Below are positions 10,072 through 19,075 of a stretch of DNA of 64,000 nucleotides, in pieces. A program made the translations under genes and the position numbers. Each line of letters starts with the position of its first letter. Position 1 is the stretch's first letter. The stretch comes from a virus. The stretch is taken from the IMG/VR virus record IMGVR_UViG_3300017971_000201, positions 64,001-128,000 of that record; one strand, 5' to 3'. A model generated the notes under the pieces. That model was not told where the DNA came from, did not search any database, and saw only the letters and a list, made by a program, of their open reading frames with translations.

Positions 10072-10448
10072 CGTGCCCCCGCCGCGTCGAACGGAATCTG
10101 GGTCCGCCTGGCGTCACCGATCGACCCTCGCTGGCGCCAGACGACTTCGAGCACGATTCTACTGTCTTGGCTCGATACGAGAATCTCGTCCACCACGACT
10201 CGGGGCTCCCACTGCTCGATCGCCCGCCTGGCCTCCACCTTCGCTCGCAACACTGTAGACCGGGACAGGTTGGAGAACAGGAGCCTCTTGAGCCCGGATC
10301 CGAACAGCGGCCGGCGCACGCGCTCCCCGATTCCCGTCTTGAGGATCGTCTTGATCGAGATCTCCAGAAGGGCGAGATCGGTGGCCGCCTCCGGGTAGCC
10401 CCTGGACGTGAATCGGATCGGTCCGTAGAGCCCCTTGATCGTGGCCAT
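10068..10448 (-). CDS. gp25: Baseplate sheath initiator (gp25/GPW)
   Basis: IL.T..GERV.RP.FGS.L..LLF and I..WEPRV signature. Confidence 0.92.
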   Translation of the reverse strand: MATIKGLYGPIRFTSRGYPEAATDLALLEISIKTILKTGIGERVRRPLFGSGLKRLLFSNLSRSTVLRAKVEARRAIEQWEPRVVVDEILVSSQDSRIVLEVVWRQRGSIGDARRTQIPFDAAGAR

Positions 10449-11740
10449 CAGTTGCCCCTCAGCGCGGCGGTGGACATGGCGGCCGGCACGACCGGCTGAA
10501 TCGGCTTACCGGTAGGTCCGCCAGCGTTGCCGTTCAGATGAGTGTGGTTCTCCAGGTAATCGAAGAAGCGCTCATCGACGAGACGGTACTTGACCCCGAG
10601 CGTCCCCACCAAGCAGGTCCCAGGCCCGAGCGACGAGTTGAGCTGGATTCCCGCACCGGTAACGATCCACGGACCGATGGACGTGTGAAGCACTCCAGCG
10701 TCCTGCGATGTTCTGACACCGGCGAACGTCTCGTTCGCGGCGCCACCGCCGGTGATCTGGGTCGGCGCCCCGCCAGAACTCACCATTGTCAGACCTGAGC
10801 CGGTGAGCGACAGCAGACCTGCGGCCGTCACGGTCGCGGCGCCGCCGGCCGTCACGTTAGCCGCACCCCCGGCCTGCACGTTGACCAGCGCCGGCGCCGT
10901 CACACTCACGCCGGCTGGCGACAGGTTGACGATGTTGCCGTTCGCGTCCTGCACGTTGATCGAGGCCGGCGAATCGATGAACTCGGCCTTCTGCTGGCCG
11001 ACTGTCTGGACGGTGATCTTGCTGGGATTCGTGTCGATCCTGATCGTGCTGCCGTTCACGAGTTGGATGACGATGTTGTCCTGAGCGTCGCTGATCTTGA
11101 TGAAGTGGCCCTTCGCCGACTTGTGCTCGATCGCCTCCTGGCCGGTGATGTCGATCCAGCTGGAGGTGTGGCCCTTGAACGAGGAGACGACGATCTGCTC
11201 CTCGTTGGTCTTGTCGGAGAGGAGCACCTGGTGGTGCCGGGTCGCCGCAGTACCGGCTCCGCCCTGCGCCCCGGTCCACAGTTCGACCTTCTGTTCGTTG
11301 TCCTTGTCCTCGAACAAGAGCCCGTGGCCGGCCTTCGTCTTGATCCCGCGCTTCGTGGGCTCGCCGCCCTGGGTCGCGAACTCCTGCGGCACCTGGGAGC
11401 CGGCCGCGCTCCTATCCTGGTTCCGGTTCCCCCACCAGGACCCAGAGAACATGGGCACACGAAGGTCGCCGCGATCGAACCAGACCCAGACCTTGTCGTC
11501 CTTGTTGGGAGGGAAGAAGCTCCCCTTGTCTGGGCCGGCGAAGTCGGAGCTGGGATACGCCCAGAGACTCAGCTCGCCCTTGCGGCCGGTTACCTGCTCG
11601 CAGCTGACCTTGACACGTCCCTGCCCCTGCGGATCCTCCGTGTTCACCACAGTCGCCTGATACTTCGAGTAGTGCCGGCCTGTGGCGTACTCCATGCCGT
11701 GCGAGCGAATATTCTTGATGAAACGGAAGAACGGTCCCAT
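10448..11740 (-). CDS. Baseplate central spike (gp5/VgrG OB-fold plus beta-helix)
   Basis: Start ATG 11740; VV..EDP...GRVKV, FFPP..D.VWV.F..GD...P, GH.L.FED; C-terminal HTH iron-binding tip motif. Confidence 0.88.
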   Translation of the reverse strand: MGPFFRFIKNIRSHGMEYATGRHYSKYQATVVNTEDPQGQGRVKVSCEQVTGRKGELSLWAYPSSDFAGPDKGSFFPPNKDDKVWVWFDRGDLRVPMFSGSWWGNRNQDRSAAGSQVPQEFATQGGEPTKRGIKTKAGHGLLFEDKDNEQKVELWTGAQGGAGTAATRHHQVLLSDKTNEEQIVVSSFKGHTSSWIDITGQEAIEHKSAKGHFIKISDAQDNIVIQLVNGSTIRIDTNPSKITVQTVGQQKAEFIDSPASINVQDANGNIVNLSPAGVSVTAPALVNVQAGGAANVTAGGAATVTAAGLLSLTGSGLTMVSSGGAPTQITGGGAANETFAGVRTSQDAGVLHTSIGPWIVTGAGIQLNSSLGPGTCLVGTLGVKYRLVDERFFDYLENHTHLNGNAGGPTGKPIQPVVPAAMSTAALRGN

Positions 11741-13254
11741 CACACCGCCGCCTCTGTATCTGGTTCGACTCCCTCGCCGGAACCAGATCTGGTTGGAGGG
11801 GACTTGCCTCCAGTAAGCGGGACCTTCCCCCGCCCCACGTTCTTGTCGCCGCTGGCCGATTCCCTGACGAGTTCCAGGTCGGTCTCGTAGCCGTCCATCC
11901 CGATCCGGTGAACAGCTTTGATGATTCGATAGGCCCCGCTGAAAATAGAACTTCCGCACTCCACGTTTACGATCATCATCGGAACCAGGTGCGGGTGGCC
12001 GAGAACCGTAGCAGTAGCCTTCGTATTCATCCAGGTATTGGCATCCCGAACCAGACGCTTGGCGTTCTCATCCCGATTTGGCGCACCGTGGGGAGATCCG
12101 ACCACCTTCCCGGTGTCGTTAGGGCCGAAAGCCGGTTGCGAAACCACCTGGGTAGATTCGTCTACCTGGTAGGTGAGACCATCCGCGTTCGCCGCACCAG
12201 CCTGGTTCAACGAGCCGGTGTGCACCTCGTCAGCCATCAACAACGGGTCGTGCTTCTCCGAGCTTGTCTCTCCCGTATCCGGGTCGGCATGGAGATGAAT
12301 TATGCCCCTACCAGCTGGTGTAGAGAACATCGTCTCCTCTGCCCTCGTGGAGAACGCTGTCATGGGAAGATGTCGATCGCTGACCGGCTGCTGCATGAAC
12401 ACCAGCGTGTAGGACGCCTCCTCCCCTTTGATCTTGTTCATGTCGCCGACGATCACTTTGTCGCCGAGCACGTAAAACGAACACCTGTTCTCGTCGCAGA
12501 TTCGCCTGAAGAGCAGCCAGTCGCATTCATTTTGCTCAAGAAGCTCTGGCTCCGACTTGTTGAGCGGTCGTTGCGCTCTCAGCGGTGAATCGGCCGAGAC
12601 CATCGCCTCATCCACTGTCTGCTTGGTCTTACTTGCAATATGGCGCAGAATGCTGAGATCGGTCGGGAACGTACCGTCGACCGTCGCTTTCGACGCGGCG
12701 TTCTTGGATCGCGCGTAACTTTCTGTCGGCTGGCGCTCAATCCCACTGTTGGCGAACAGATCAACTCCCCTGATCGTGATCCGAATGTCGGTGCTCGACA
12801 TCTCCAGACCCGGCTTCATAATCGAGAAGATGTGAGTGTCGCTGGTGAGCCTCTTCCCGTAACTATTGCTCGGGAGCCACCCCCACTCGATCACCATGAC
12901 ACCATTCCTCTGGATCACTCGATCGTCGACGATCATGACGGCATCGGCGAATGGTGGTTCTATCGTGACCGATGCCTGAGAAAAAGCACCGCCCTCCATC
13001 GTGATTTCGATTGACGGCGAGAAGCTACGCATCGTGTTGCTGTAGTCGAATACCCCAGTAATGGTCCCACTTTTCGTCGCCCCAGTAGACTCTGGAATAG
13101 GTTGTGACTCATTACCGCCAACCTGCTCACCATCGACGTTGACGTTCCCCTCGAGCTGCTCCACGGTGAGGAACTTCAGCGTAAAGAACGGCGCAAAGAA
13201 GTCGCCCGCTCCCTCTGCGCCGGCAAACGGACTGGAGAGGCCCTTTTTGCCCAC
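11740..13254 (-). CDS. Baseplate hub protein (gp27/P2 gpD-like)
   Basis: QNECDW.LF.RI and G.P.L.P...V.V....FSG.YRI....H.I...GY.T.L motifs; lies between the gpX-like and spike genes. Confidence 0.8.
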   Translation of the reverse strand: MGKKGLSSPFAGAEGAGDFFAPFFTLKFLTVEQLEGNVNVDGEQVGGNESQPIPESTGATKSGTITGVFDYSNTMRSFSPSIEITMEGGAFSQASVTIEPPFADAVMIVDDRVIQRNGVMVIEWGWLPSNSYGKRLTSDTHIFSIMKPGLEMSSTDIRITIRGVDLFANSGIERQPTESYARSKNAASKATVDGTFPTDLSILRHIASKTKQTVDEAMVSADSPLRAQRPLNKSEPELLEQNECDWLLFRRICDENRCSFYVLGDKVIVGDMNKIKGEEASYTLVFMQQPVSDRHLPMTAFSTRAEETMFSTPAGRGIIHLHADPDTGETSSEKHDPLLMADEVHTGSLNQAGAANADGLTYQVDESTQVVSQPAFGPNDTGKVVGSPHGAPNRDENAKRLVRDANTWMNTKATATVLGHPHLVPMMIVNVECGSSIFSGAYRIIKAVHRIGMDGYETDLELVRESASGDKNVGRGKVPLTGGKSPPTRSGSGEGVEPDTEAAV

Positions 13255-13562
13255 TAGAGGAGTCCTCGCTCACCGAGACTGAGCCTAGTTGGGATCTGGA
13301 TGCGCATCCCCGGAACGAAGTCGTTCGGCCAGAGCCGCATGTCGTTGCGGAGCATGATGAGGTGGCCGGTCGCGTCGTCGCCCAGCTCCTCGTAGGCGAG
13401 ACTGTCCGGCCGATCGAGGTAGTGAACGATGTACTCGTGGTCGTCCAGGTGCGCCCCGACAGCTGGTGGCCTGGTCTTGTCCCACCAGATCGCCTCCTCG
13501 TACTTGACGAGGGTAGCGAAGCGAAGCGGACCCCTCTGGTTTCGTCTGATCGGACTCGCCAT
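13254..13562 (-). CDS. Baseplate LysM-like protein (gp53/P2 gpX-like)
   Basis: Y.V...DRPD.LAY..LGD....LI...N.......PG..I.IP. Confidence 0.8.
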   Translation of the reverse strand: MASPIRRNQRGPLRFATLVKYEEAIWWDKTRPPAVGAHLDDHEYIVHYLDRPDSLAYEELGDDATGHLIMLRNDMRLWPNDFVPGMRIQIPTRLSLGERGLL

Positions 13563-16500
13563 TACCCGGTCCCCGCTCCTGCTTCTTCAGCCGATGCTCT
13601 TCTAGCTACCTCTTGCTCGAAGGCGCCGCCCACACCACGGAAGCTGATGTTCAGCTTCACCTTCTGGTCGCCTCCTCCGCGACCCTCGAGCTGGTTGACA
13701 ACCGACCTCCAGACCTCCGCCGGAATGGCCCCAGCGCCAGCCCCGCCGGCCTTGTCGGCCACATCGCCCGCCGCGCTCCTGGCCTCCCGAGCACGCATGG
13801 CCTCTTCCATACCGCGCTGTCGGGCCTCCTCGAGCTTCGTCTGCGCCTCCTCGAAGGAGATCTCGCCTTTCGAGACGCCCCTGGTCAACGTGCGGAGCGA
13901 GGTCTCCATGTGCTTGCGGAGCGCTGACTCTGCCCCACGGAGCTGAGACTCATCGAAGCCACCAGACTCCTTTGCCTGACGTTGCAACTCCACGATGGCG
14001 CTCTCGACAGCGCTCTTGTGTTCGCCGAGGAACCTCTTGGCCTCTTCCTTGCGCTGTTTTGTCACATGAAGCGTCTGCTCAAGTTGGGACTGCTCCGCTT
14101 GGTACCTAGCCTCGGCAAGCTGTGACGCCCTCTCGCGTTCGTCCATGTCGGTTTGAAGTTGTTGAATGCGCCTGTCCACCGCCTCGGTTCGTTCCGCTCG
14201 CTCGGCCGCGCCCGTCTTCTTGATCGTCTTGATCAAGTCCTCGTAGCCTGCGGATTGCTCCTCATGAGACTTTCTCGCTGTAGCGGCCGTAGCAGCCAGC
14301 GCGTTGCCCACTCCGGCAACCGCGTTCTCCGCCTTGGTGATCCCGGATACGATCGAGGCCGCCGTATCGCTTACGCTGGCGAACGGCTCGACGAGCTGCT
14401 TCACCGTAGCCAGGGCGTCGGAGATCATCGGCGTCAGCGCGCCGGTGATGCCGGCCAGGACTTCCAGAATGGTGGCCTTCATCCCGGAGAACGATGTGCT
14501 GATCTCGGACGCGATCATCACGCCGGCGACGCGCGCCTTCTCCTGGAGCCAGCTCCAGGCATTGACTCCGGCCTCCTTCAGCAGCTCCCAACCGATGATG
14601 ATCCGGTCGATGGTGTTGAGAACGCCGACCGCGATCTCCGTGGCGCCGACGACGAATACCTCCTCCACCTCGCTCCAGAGGAGGTGCGCCTGGGCAAACC
14701 AGTTGGCGAACCCGGTGTCGAAGGCATCTCGGAACTCGGGGAAGAACTTGTCGGCGAGCCAACCGGGAATGCCCAGCAGGACGTTGTCGAAGAAGCTGGC
14801 GACAGTGACGACCGCCGCTTCCAAGCCGCCTCGGAACTTCTCGACACCGGTTGCATCAGGATCAGAGAGCGTCTCACTCATCCGATCCATGCCGTCCATG
14901 ACGGCGTAGATACCAGAGACAACGAGACCGATCGGCCCCAACATCCTGAAGAAGAGCGGACCGACCTTGCTCAGTGCTCCGGCGATCCTGGGGAAGCGGC
15001 CGAGCACCTTGCCCAGCGGGCCGAACACCTTACCGAGTATGCGCAGCTTGCCGAAGGTCGCCGCCGCGCCCCCGGCCACGCTCAGCAGCCCACCGAACAC
15101 CGTGCTCAGGAGCAGGACACCCTTGCCGACCGCGCCCAGGACGGGAGTGATCACTTCCCCCCACGCCCTGATCTCATCGCTCTCGATGAGGGCCTGGACC
15201 TGCATGTTGAAGCTGGCGAGCGCGTCCTTCGCGCCGCCGAACGTCTCTTTCAGCACCTCAGTCAGGCCGGTCTGCGTGAGGAACGCGATGCCGAGCTGCT
15301 TGACGTTGAACCACATCTTCTGTAGTTCTTTCGTCGTATCGAGCATCCCGTCCGTTAGTTCCTTGAAGGACTGGGTTCCGGCGGCGGCGCCAAGCGCGCG
15401 TCGTCTCTCAGCCTCCGCGTGCGCATCGACCAGCTTGAGGTAGTCCTTCTCGTACTCGATCGCGCGCATGAGTTCTTCGGGAAGCTCGTCGCGAAGTTGC
15501 TCCATGAACCTGTCGTGAACGTACTGGTCTGGAAGCCGGTCAAGCTCGTAGCGCATCCGTTCCACGAACGCCAGCGGCTCCTTCTGCGCGTCTGCCATGA
15601 TGCGAGCGCCCTCGTCGAGATTGATACCGATCATCATCATCGACTGGGCAAGCGGGTCGAAGTCGTCCTCGAGACCAAGGAACACACGCCTGTGCGTCCG
15701 CGTGGCCTTGGCGAAGCGCTCGAATGTCCGCTGGGCAGCCTGTACAGCCTCAGCCATCGTCTTGCCGAACGCCTTGGCGTAAACGCCAGCCGTCTGGGAG
15801 ACGCTCTTGACGATCCCAGCGCCAGAGCCGACGACCGCCTTACCGAACTGGACCGTGGCGCTCATCGCCTCGTCGATCACCCCAGGGAGCTGCTCCATCA
15901 TCCCCGGCATTCGGAACGCCGTCTGGAACTTGGTGGCGTCGTCGAGGGCTCCGACCATCGATCCGCCGAACGACCTCATGTTGGCATCGGCCTTGGCGAT
16001 CTCCTGGCCGCTCACGCCGTAGAGATCGTTGAGGGCGATGAACGCCTGTTGCTGGCCCTCGGACAGCTCGGTCAGGGAGACGCCGGCCGCCGCCAATCCC
16101 TGGGTCATTCTGGTCACTTCGCCGATGCTGAACTGGGTCGTACCGACCAGCTGGAGCATCTCACTGCGGAGTTGGTAAGCCTCCTCGCGGCCTTGGCCGA
16201 AGCCGGCCGACATCTTCCGGGACGCGTCCTCCAGCTCGACGAACACGTCGCCCTCTCGGCCCATGAACTCGAGGCGCTCGATACTCTCGGCGACCCCGCT
16301 GATGGCCTCGCCGCTCTCCTTCAGCTCGCGGCCGAGCGCGGAGAACACAGGTGACCCGGCCGAGGCGGCCTTGAGCAGCTCCCTGAACGAGCTGACCGTC
16401 TTGGTAGCCCCGAGCGCAACACGCTCGAGCCCGTTCATGTTCTCCCACGTCATCGTGGTGAACCGTCCCTGCTCATCGCGGATCTGGCTCATCCACTTGG

Positions 16501-16807
16501 GGAGCTTCTTGAGATCGGTGCCGACGAGACCGAGCGATTGGCTGAGCAGCCTGGCGGACGCTTCGAACTTGGTGAAGGCGATGTCCGTGTCGGTGACCCT
16601 GATGGTCAGATCCTCGCTGCTCTCGGCCGCCTCCTCGAGCGAGGGGACGACGGAGCCGCCGACTAACGCATGGTCAAGCCCGTCGGCGGCCTTCGTCGCC
16701 CCCTCGGTCGACTCGGCTAACGAGACCAGCGCGGCGTCGACCGACTGCACAGCCTTCGTCGCGTGGTCAACGACCGTGAGGCCGATTCCCAGGTTGTATA
16801 TCTCCAC
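13562..16807 (-). CDS. Tape measure protein (1081 aa)
   Basis: Long Ala/Gly-rich helical protein with a hydrophobic mid-region, between chaperone and baseplate genes. Confidence 0.88.
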   Translation of the reverse strand: MEIYNLGIGLTVVDHATKAVQSVDAALVSLAESTEGATKAADGLDHALVGGSVVPSLEEAAESSEDLTIRVTDTDIAFTKFEASARLLSQSLGLVGTDLKKLPKWMSQIRDEQGRFTTMTWENMNGLERVALGATKTVSSFRELLKAASAGSPVFSALGRELKESGEAISGVAESIERLEFMGREGDVFVELEDASRKMSAGFGQGREEAYQLRSEMLQLVGTTQFSIGEVTRMTQGLAAAGVSLTELSEGQQQAFIALNDLYGVSGQEIAKADANMRSFGGSMVGALDDATKFQTAFRMPGMMEQLPGVIDEAMSATVQFGKAVVGSGAGIVKSVSQTAGVYAKAFGKTMAEAVQAAQRTFERFAKATRTHRRVFLGLEDDFDPLAQSMMMIGINLDEGARIMADAQKEPLAFVERMRYELDRLPDQYVHDRFMEQLRDELPEELMRAIEYEKDYLKLVDAHAEAERRRALGAAAGTQSFKELTDGMLDTTKELQKMWFNVKQLGIAFLTQTGLTEVLKETFGGAKDALASFNMQVQALIESDEIRAWGEVITPVLGAVGKGVLLLSTVFGGLLSVAGGAAATFGKLRILGKVFGPLGKVLGRFPRIAGALSKVGPLFFRMLGPIGLVVSGIYAVMDGMDRMSETLSDPDATGVEKFRGGLEAAVVTVASFFDNVLLGIPGWLADKFFPEFRDAFDTGFANWFAQAHLLWSEVEEVFVVGATEIAVGVLNTIDRIIIGWELLKEAGVNAWSWLQEKARVAGVMIASEISTSFSGMKATILEVLAGITGALTPMISDALATVKQLVEPFASVSDTAASIVSGITKAENAVAGVGNALAATAATARKSHEEQSAGYEDLIKTIKKTGAAERAERTEAVDRRIQQLQTDMDERERASQLAEARYQAEQSQLEQTLHVTKQRKEEAKRFLGEHKSAVESAIVELQRQAKESGGFDESQLRGAESALRKHMETSLRTLTRGVSKGEISFEEAQTKLEEARQRGMEEAMRAREARSAAGDVADKAGGAGAGAIPAEVWRSVVNQLEGRGGGDQKVKLNISFRGVGGAFEQEVARRASAEEAGAGTG

Positions 16808-16810
16808 GCC

Positions 16811-17032
16811 TTAGACCCCCAGGGCAGCTCCACTAGATGGCCGCTCGGCAATCGGCCGACCGACGTGTGGGCTCAGGCCAGTAGAGTAGGTTACCTGGCG
16901 TTGAGTCCCGCCGCCGCCCGACTTACGCGCTCGGACTATCTCCTCTCGTATTTTCACCAACCGATGCCTTCGTGACGAGGGCATTTGCATGATGTCCTCG
17001 TAGGGCTGATTGTAGGCTTCCATGAGGAACAC
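16811..17032 (-). CDS. Tail assembly chaperone C-terminal part (gpT-like), probably made as a frameshift fusion
   Basis: Y.DIM.MP...R..L motif; frame is open upstream to the slippery site at 17143-17149. Confidence 0.75.
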   Translation of the reverse strand: MFLMEAYNQPYEDIMQMPSSRRHRLVKIREEIVRARKSGGGGTQRQVTYSTGLSPHVGRPIAERPSSGAALGV

Positions 17033-17091
17033 GATGTCGTGCTCCAGGTTGGATCGGGAACCGAGAGGCAGGAACGCATGGAAGCGCGGTC

Positions 17092-17991
17092 CTACAACCA
17101 GTTCAGCGCCTCGGCCGTAACAGGCTCGGCTCCCGTGTTCGAGAAAAAAGCCTGCCCCAGGTCGAGCGGGAACTCGAACTCGCAGGTGCAGAGACGGCCA
17201 GAACAGCTGACCTGAACGCTCGTGTCCACGTCGGCCTCCATCGCGTTGTAGACCTCGCGGAGGTGGTTCCGGTCGTCCTTGGGTAGCGCCTTCACCAGCT
17301 CCAGGTCTCGCTGCGGATCGCCGAGCGTGATCATCTGCTTCTGCTTCTGCGGAGGCTGGCCGTCAGCCCCGGGAACTTCGGTTTCGATCTCGAGCTGCTC
17401 GAGCCTGGCCAGGATCGCGTAGGACCGCAGATCTTTCTGGTTCAGGCTGAGGCCCGTGAGCTTCTCCTCGTGACCGGCCGTCAGCACGCGCACGATCGCC
17501 TTCCGGCCGGATCGACGGAGCGTGACCTCGACCCGCCGCTTCCCGACCCTGTCCTCGGGAACATCGGTCATCTTGATCGTCCGCAGGTCGAGCTGCTTGT
17601 TCTTGTTCATGTGGCCGCAGCGCGGGCACGGGCGCTCGAACTTGTAGATGTCGCCTACCGAGCACCGGCGGAGGAAGATCCGCATGGCGAGCCGATCGGA
17701 CGACGTGATCGGCAGACCGACCGGCAGTGTGTCTCCGATGATCGCCTTGATCTTCTCCGGGTCGGTGACGTCGCCGATCTTCTCGCAGCAGGCCGAGAGG
17801 AACATGGTCGTCCTCTCGTGAACGAGAAGCTCGTCATCGTCCATGACGTCTTCCTCGTAGCCCTTCATCTCCCGGAGAATGACGGTCTTGTGGACCTTGC
17901 CCTGCTCGTCCACGTAGCCGCAGGGGAGCCGGTACTGCCCCCTGCCCTTGCCGAACACTTCCACCCCTGGAACATCAACGATCCCTGGCAC
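17092..17991 (-). CDS. Tail assembly chaperone (gpG/T4 gp26-like) with CxxC zinc motifs
   Basis: LP.GY.D..G, LREM.G.EED, DR......LRR.S.GD, CPRC; directly upstream of the tape measure gene. Confidence 0.8.
   Translation of the reverse strand: MPGIVDVPGVEVFGKGRGQYRLPCGYVDEQGKVHKTVILREMKGYEEDVMDDDELLVHERTTMFLSACCEKIGDVTDPEKIKAIIGDTLPVGLPITSSDRLAMRIFLRRCSVGDIYKFERPCPRCGHMNKNKQLDLRTIKMTDVPEDRVGKRRVEVTLRRSGRKAIVRVLTAGHEEKLTGLSLNQKDLRSYAILARLEQLEIETEVPGADGQPPQKQKQMITLGDPQRDLELVKALPKDDRNHLREVYNAMEADVDTSVQVSCSGRLCTCEFEFPLDLGQAFFSNTGAEPVTAEALNWL
17143..17149 (-). other. Programmed -1 ribosomal frameshift site T TTT TTC
   Basis: GCT TTT TTC in the chaperone frame; a -1 slip enters the stop-free frame of ORF 16811..17032. 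Confidence 0.8.
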
Positions 17992-18477
17992 CTATGCCTC
18001 CTTCTCGAGCGCGTACCTCGCCAAGCGCTCGACGATCTCTGGATCCTCGGCCAGCACCTTGAGACCGTCGGCGACGGTCCATCCCCAACGCTGGCAGAAG
18101 GTGAACAGCCTGTCGTGGGCCTCGCTCGAGATCGCCACCCGAACGACGTCCGTGCCCTCCCCTCCGTTGCCCCTGTGGGCCACGTAGGAGCGCAGGAGAG
18201 CCTCGATCACGGCAGAGATGGTCCCGTGCCCCTCCTCCTTGATTTTGGCCTCCAGAGCGCCCCGGAGGACGTGTGAGAGCTGCATGTTGGTCCGCCGGCC
18301 GGCCGGGTGCTCTCGCGCGGGCGCTGGCAGGCGTCGGTCCCCATCGAGCCACTCCAGCACGACCTGGCGGATGACCTCGGTCTGTGAGCGGCCCGTCTCC
18401 TCGCAGTAGGCCGCGAGGGTGTCGTCTAAGTCTTCTGGTATGACGAAGTTAAGACGCGGCTTCAGGATGGCTTCCAT
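17992..18477 (-). CDS. Ribbon-helix-helix (CopG-like) regulator with 2-3 tandem RHH units
   Basis: LNFVIPEDL..L...C.ETGRSQTEVIRQ; TNMQLS...L.........TISAVIEALL; SD GAGGAG before ATG 18477. Confidence 0.7.
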   Translation of the reverse strand: MEAILKPRLNFVIPEDLDDTLAAYCEETGRSQTEVIRQVVLEWLDGDRRLPAPAREHPAGRRTNMQLSHVLRGALEAKIKEEGHGTISAVIEALLRSYVAHRGNGGEGTDVVRVAISSEAHDRLFTFCQRWGWTVADGLKVLAEDPEIVERLARYALEKEA

Positions 18478-18538
18478 GAGGGGATTCTCCTCACTTGAGG
18501 AGGCATTCTGCCTCATGGAACCTGAAGGCGCAACCCCT

Positions 18539-19066
18539 CTACACCTGGGGCACGGGCAGCGGCAGGATCTCGACCCGCTCGACCGAGAGGGTCAGCTCCT
18601 CCATCACGACCTCGGAGCCGGAGGCGTCCAGGTCGGTCGCCGGCCGCCATGTGGACGGGATGCAGTCACGCAGCCAGAGCATCCGCTGTGGAATCCGCTT
18701 CTGGTTCCGGGTCTGGACGACGATGAGACTCCGCCGGGGCGCGACGCGGCCCCAGACGACCTGCTGGAACCAGAGCCACATGTCGAGGTTCGTGTTGAAG
18801 ACCGCGAAGCGGATCGTGCACTCGCCGCCAGCGACGTAGCCCTGCGGCACGTGGTGCGTGAACGGCCAGTTCCCCTCGCGGATGTCCTTCATGTCCACTG
18901 TCATCTCGGGGATCGAGATCGACTGGAAGCCGACGTAGCTCCCGTTGTTGATCGCGCTCTGGACGGCCTTGACCGGAAACGCGGTGGGGAAGACGCCGGC
19001 AACGGGAACATCCAGCAACGCGAAGTTGTGGCTCAGGAGCGGATCACTGTTCACCGATCTAGCCAT
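18539..19066 (-). CDS. Tail tube paralogue / tube initiator (gp19 family)
   Basis: DP....F, GF.SIS.PE......REGN, W.L..C.P, LDA.GSEV.MEELTL.VE. Confidence 0.85.
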   Translation of the reverse strand: MARSVNSDPLLSHNFALLDVPVAGVFPTAFPVKAVQSAINNGSYVGFQSISIPEMTVDMKDIREGNWPFTHHVPQGYVAGGECTIRFAVFNTNLDMWLWFQQVVWGRVAPRRSLIVVQTRNQKRIPQRMLWLRDCIPSTWRPATDLDASGSEVVMEELTLSVERVEILPLPVPQV

Positions 19067-19075
19067 GGCGCCATC

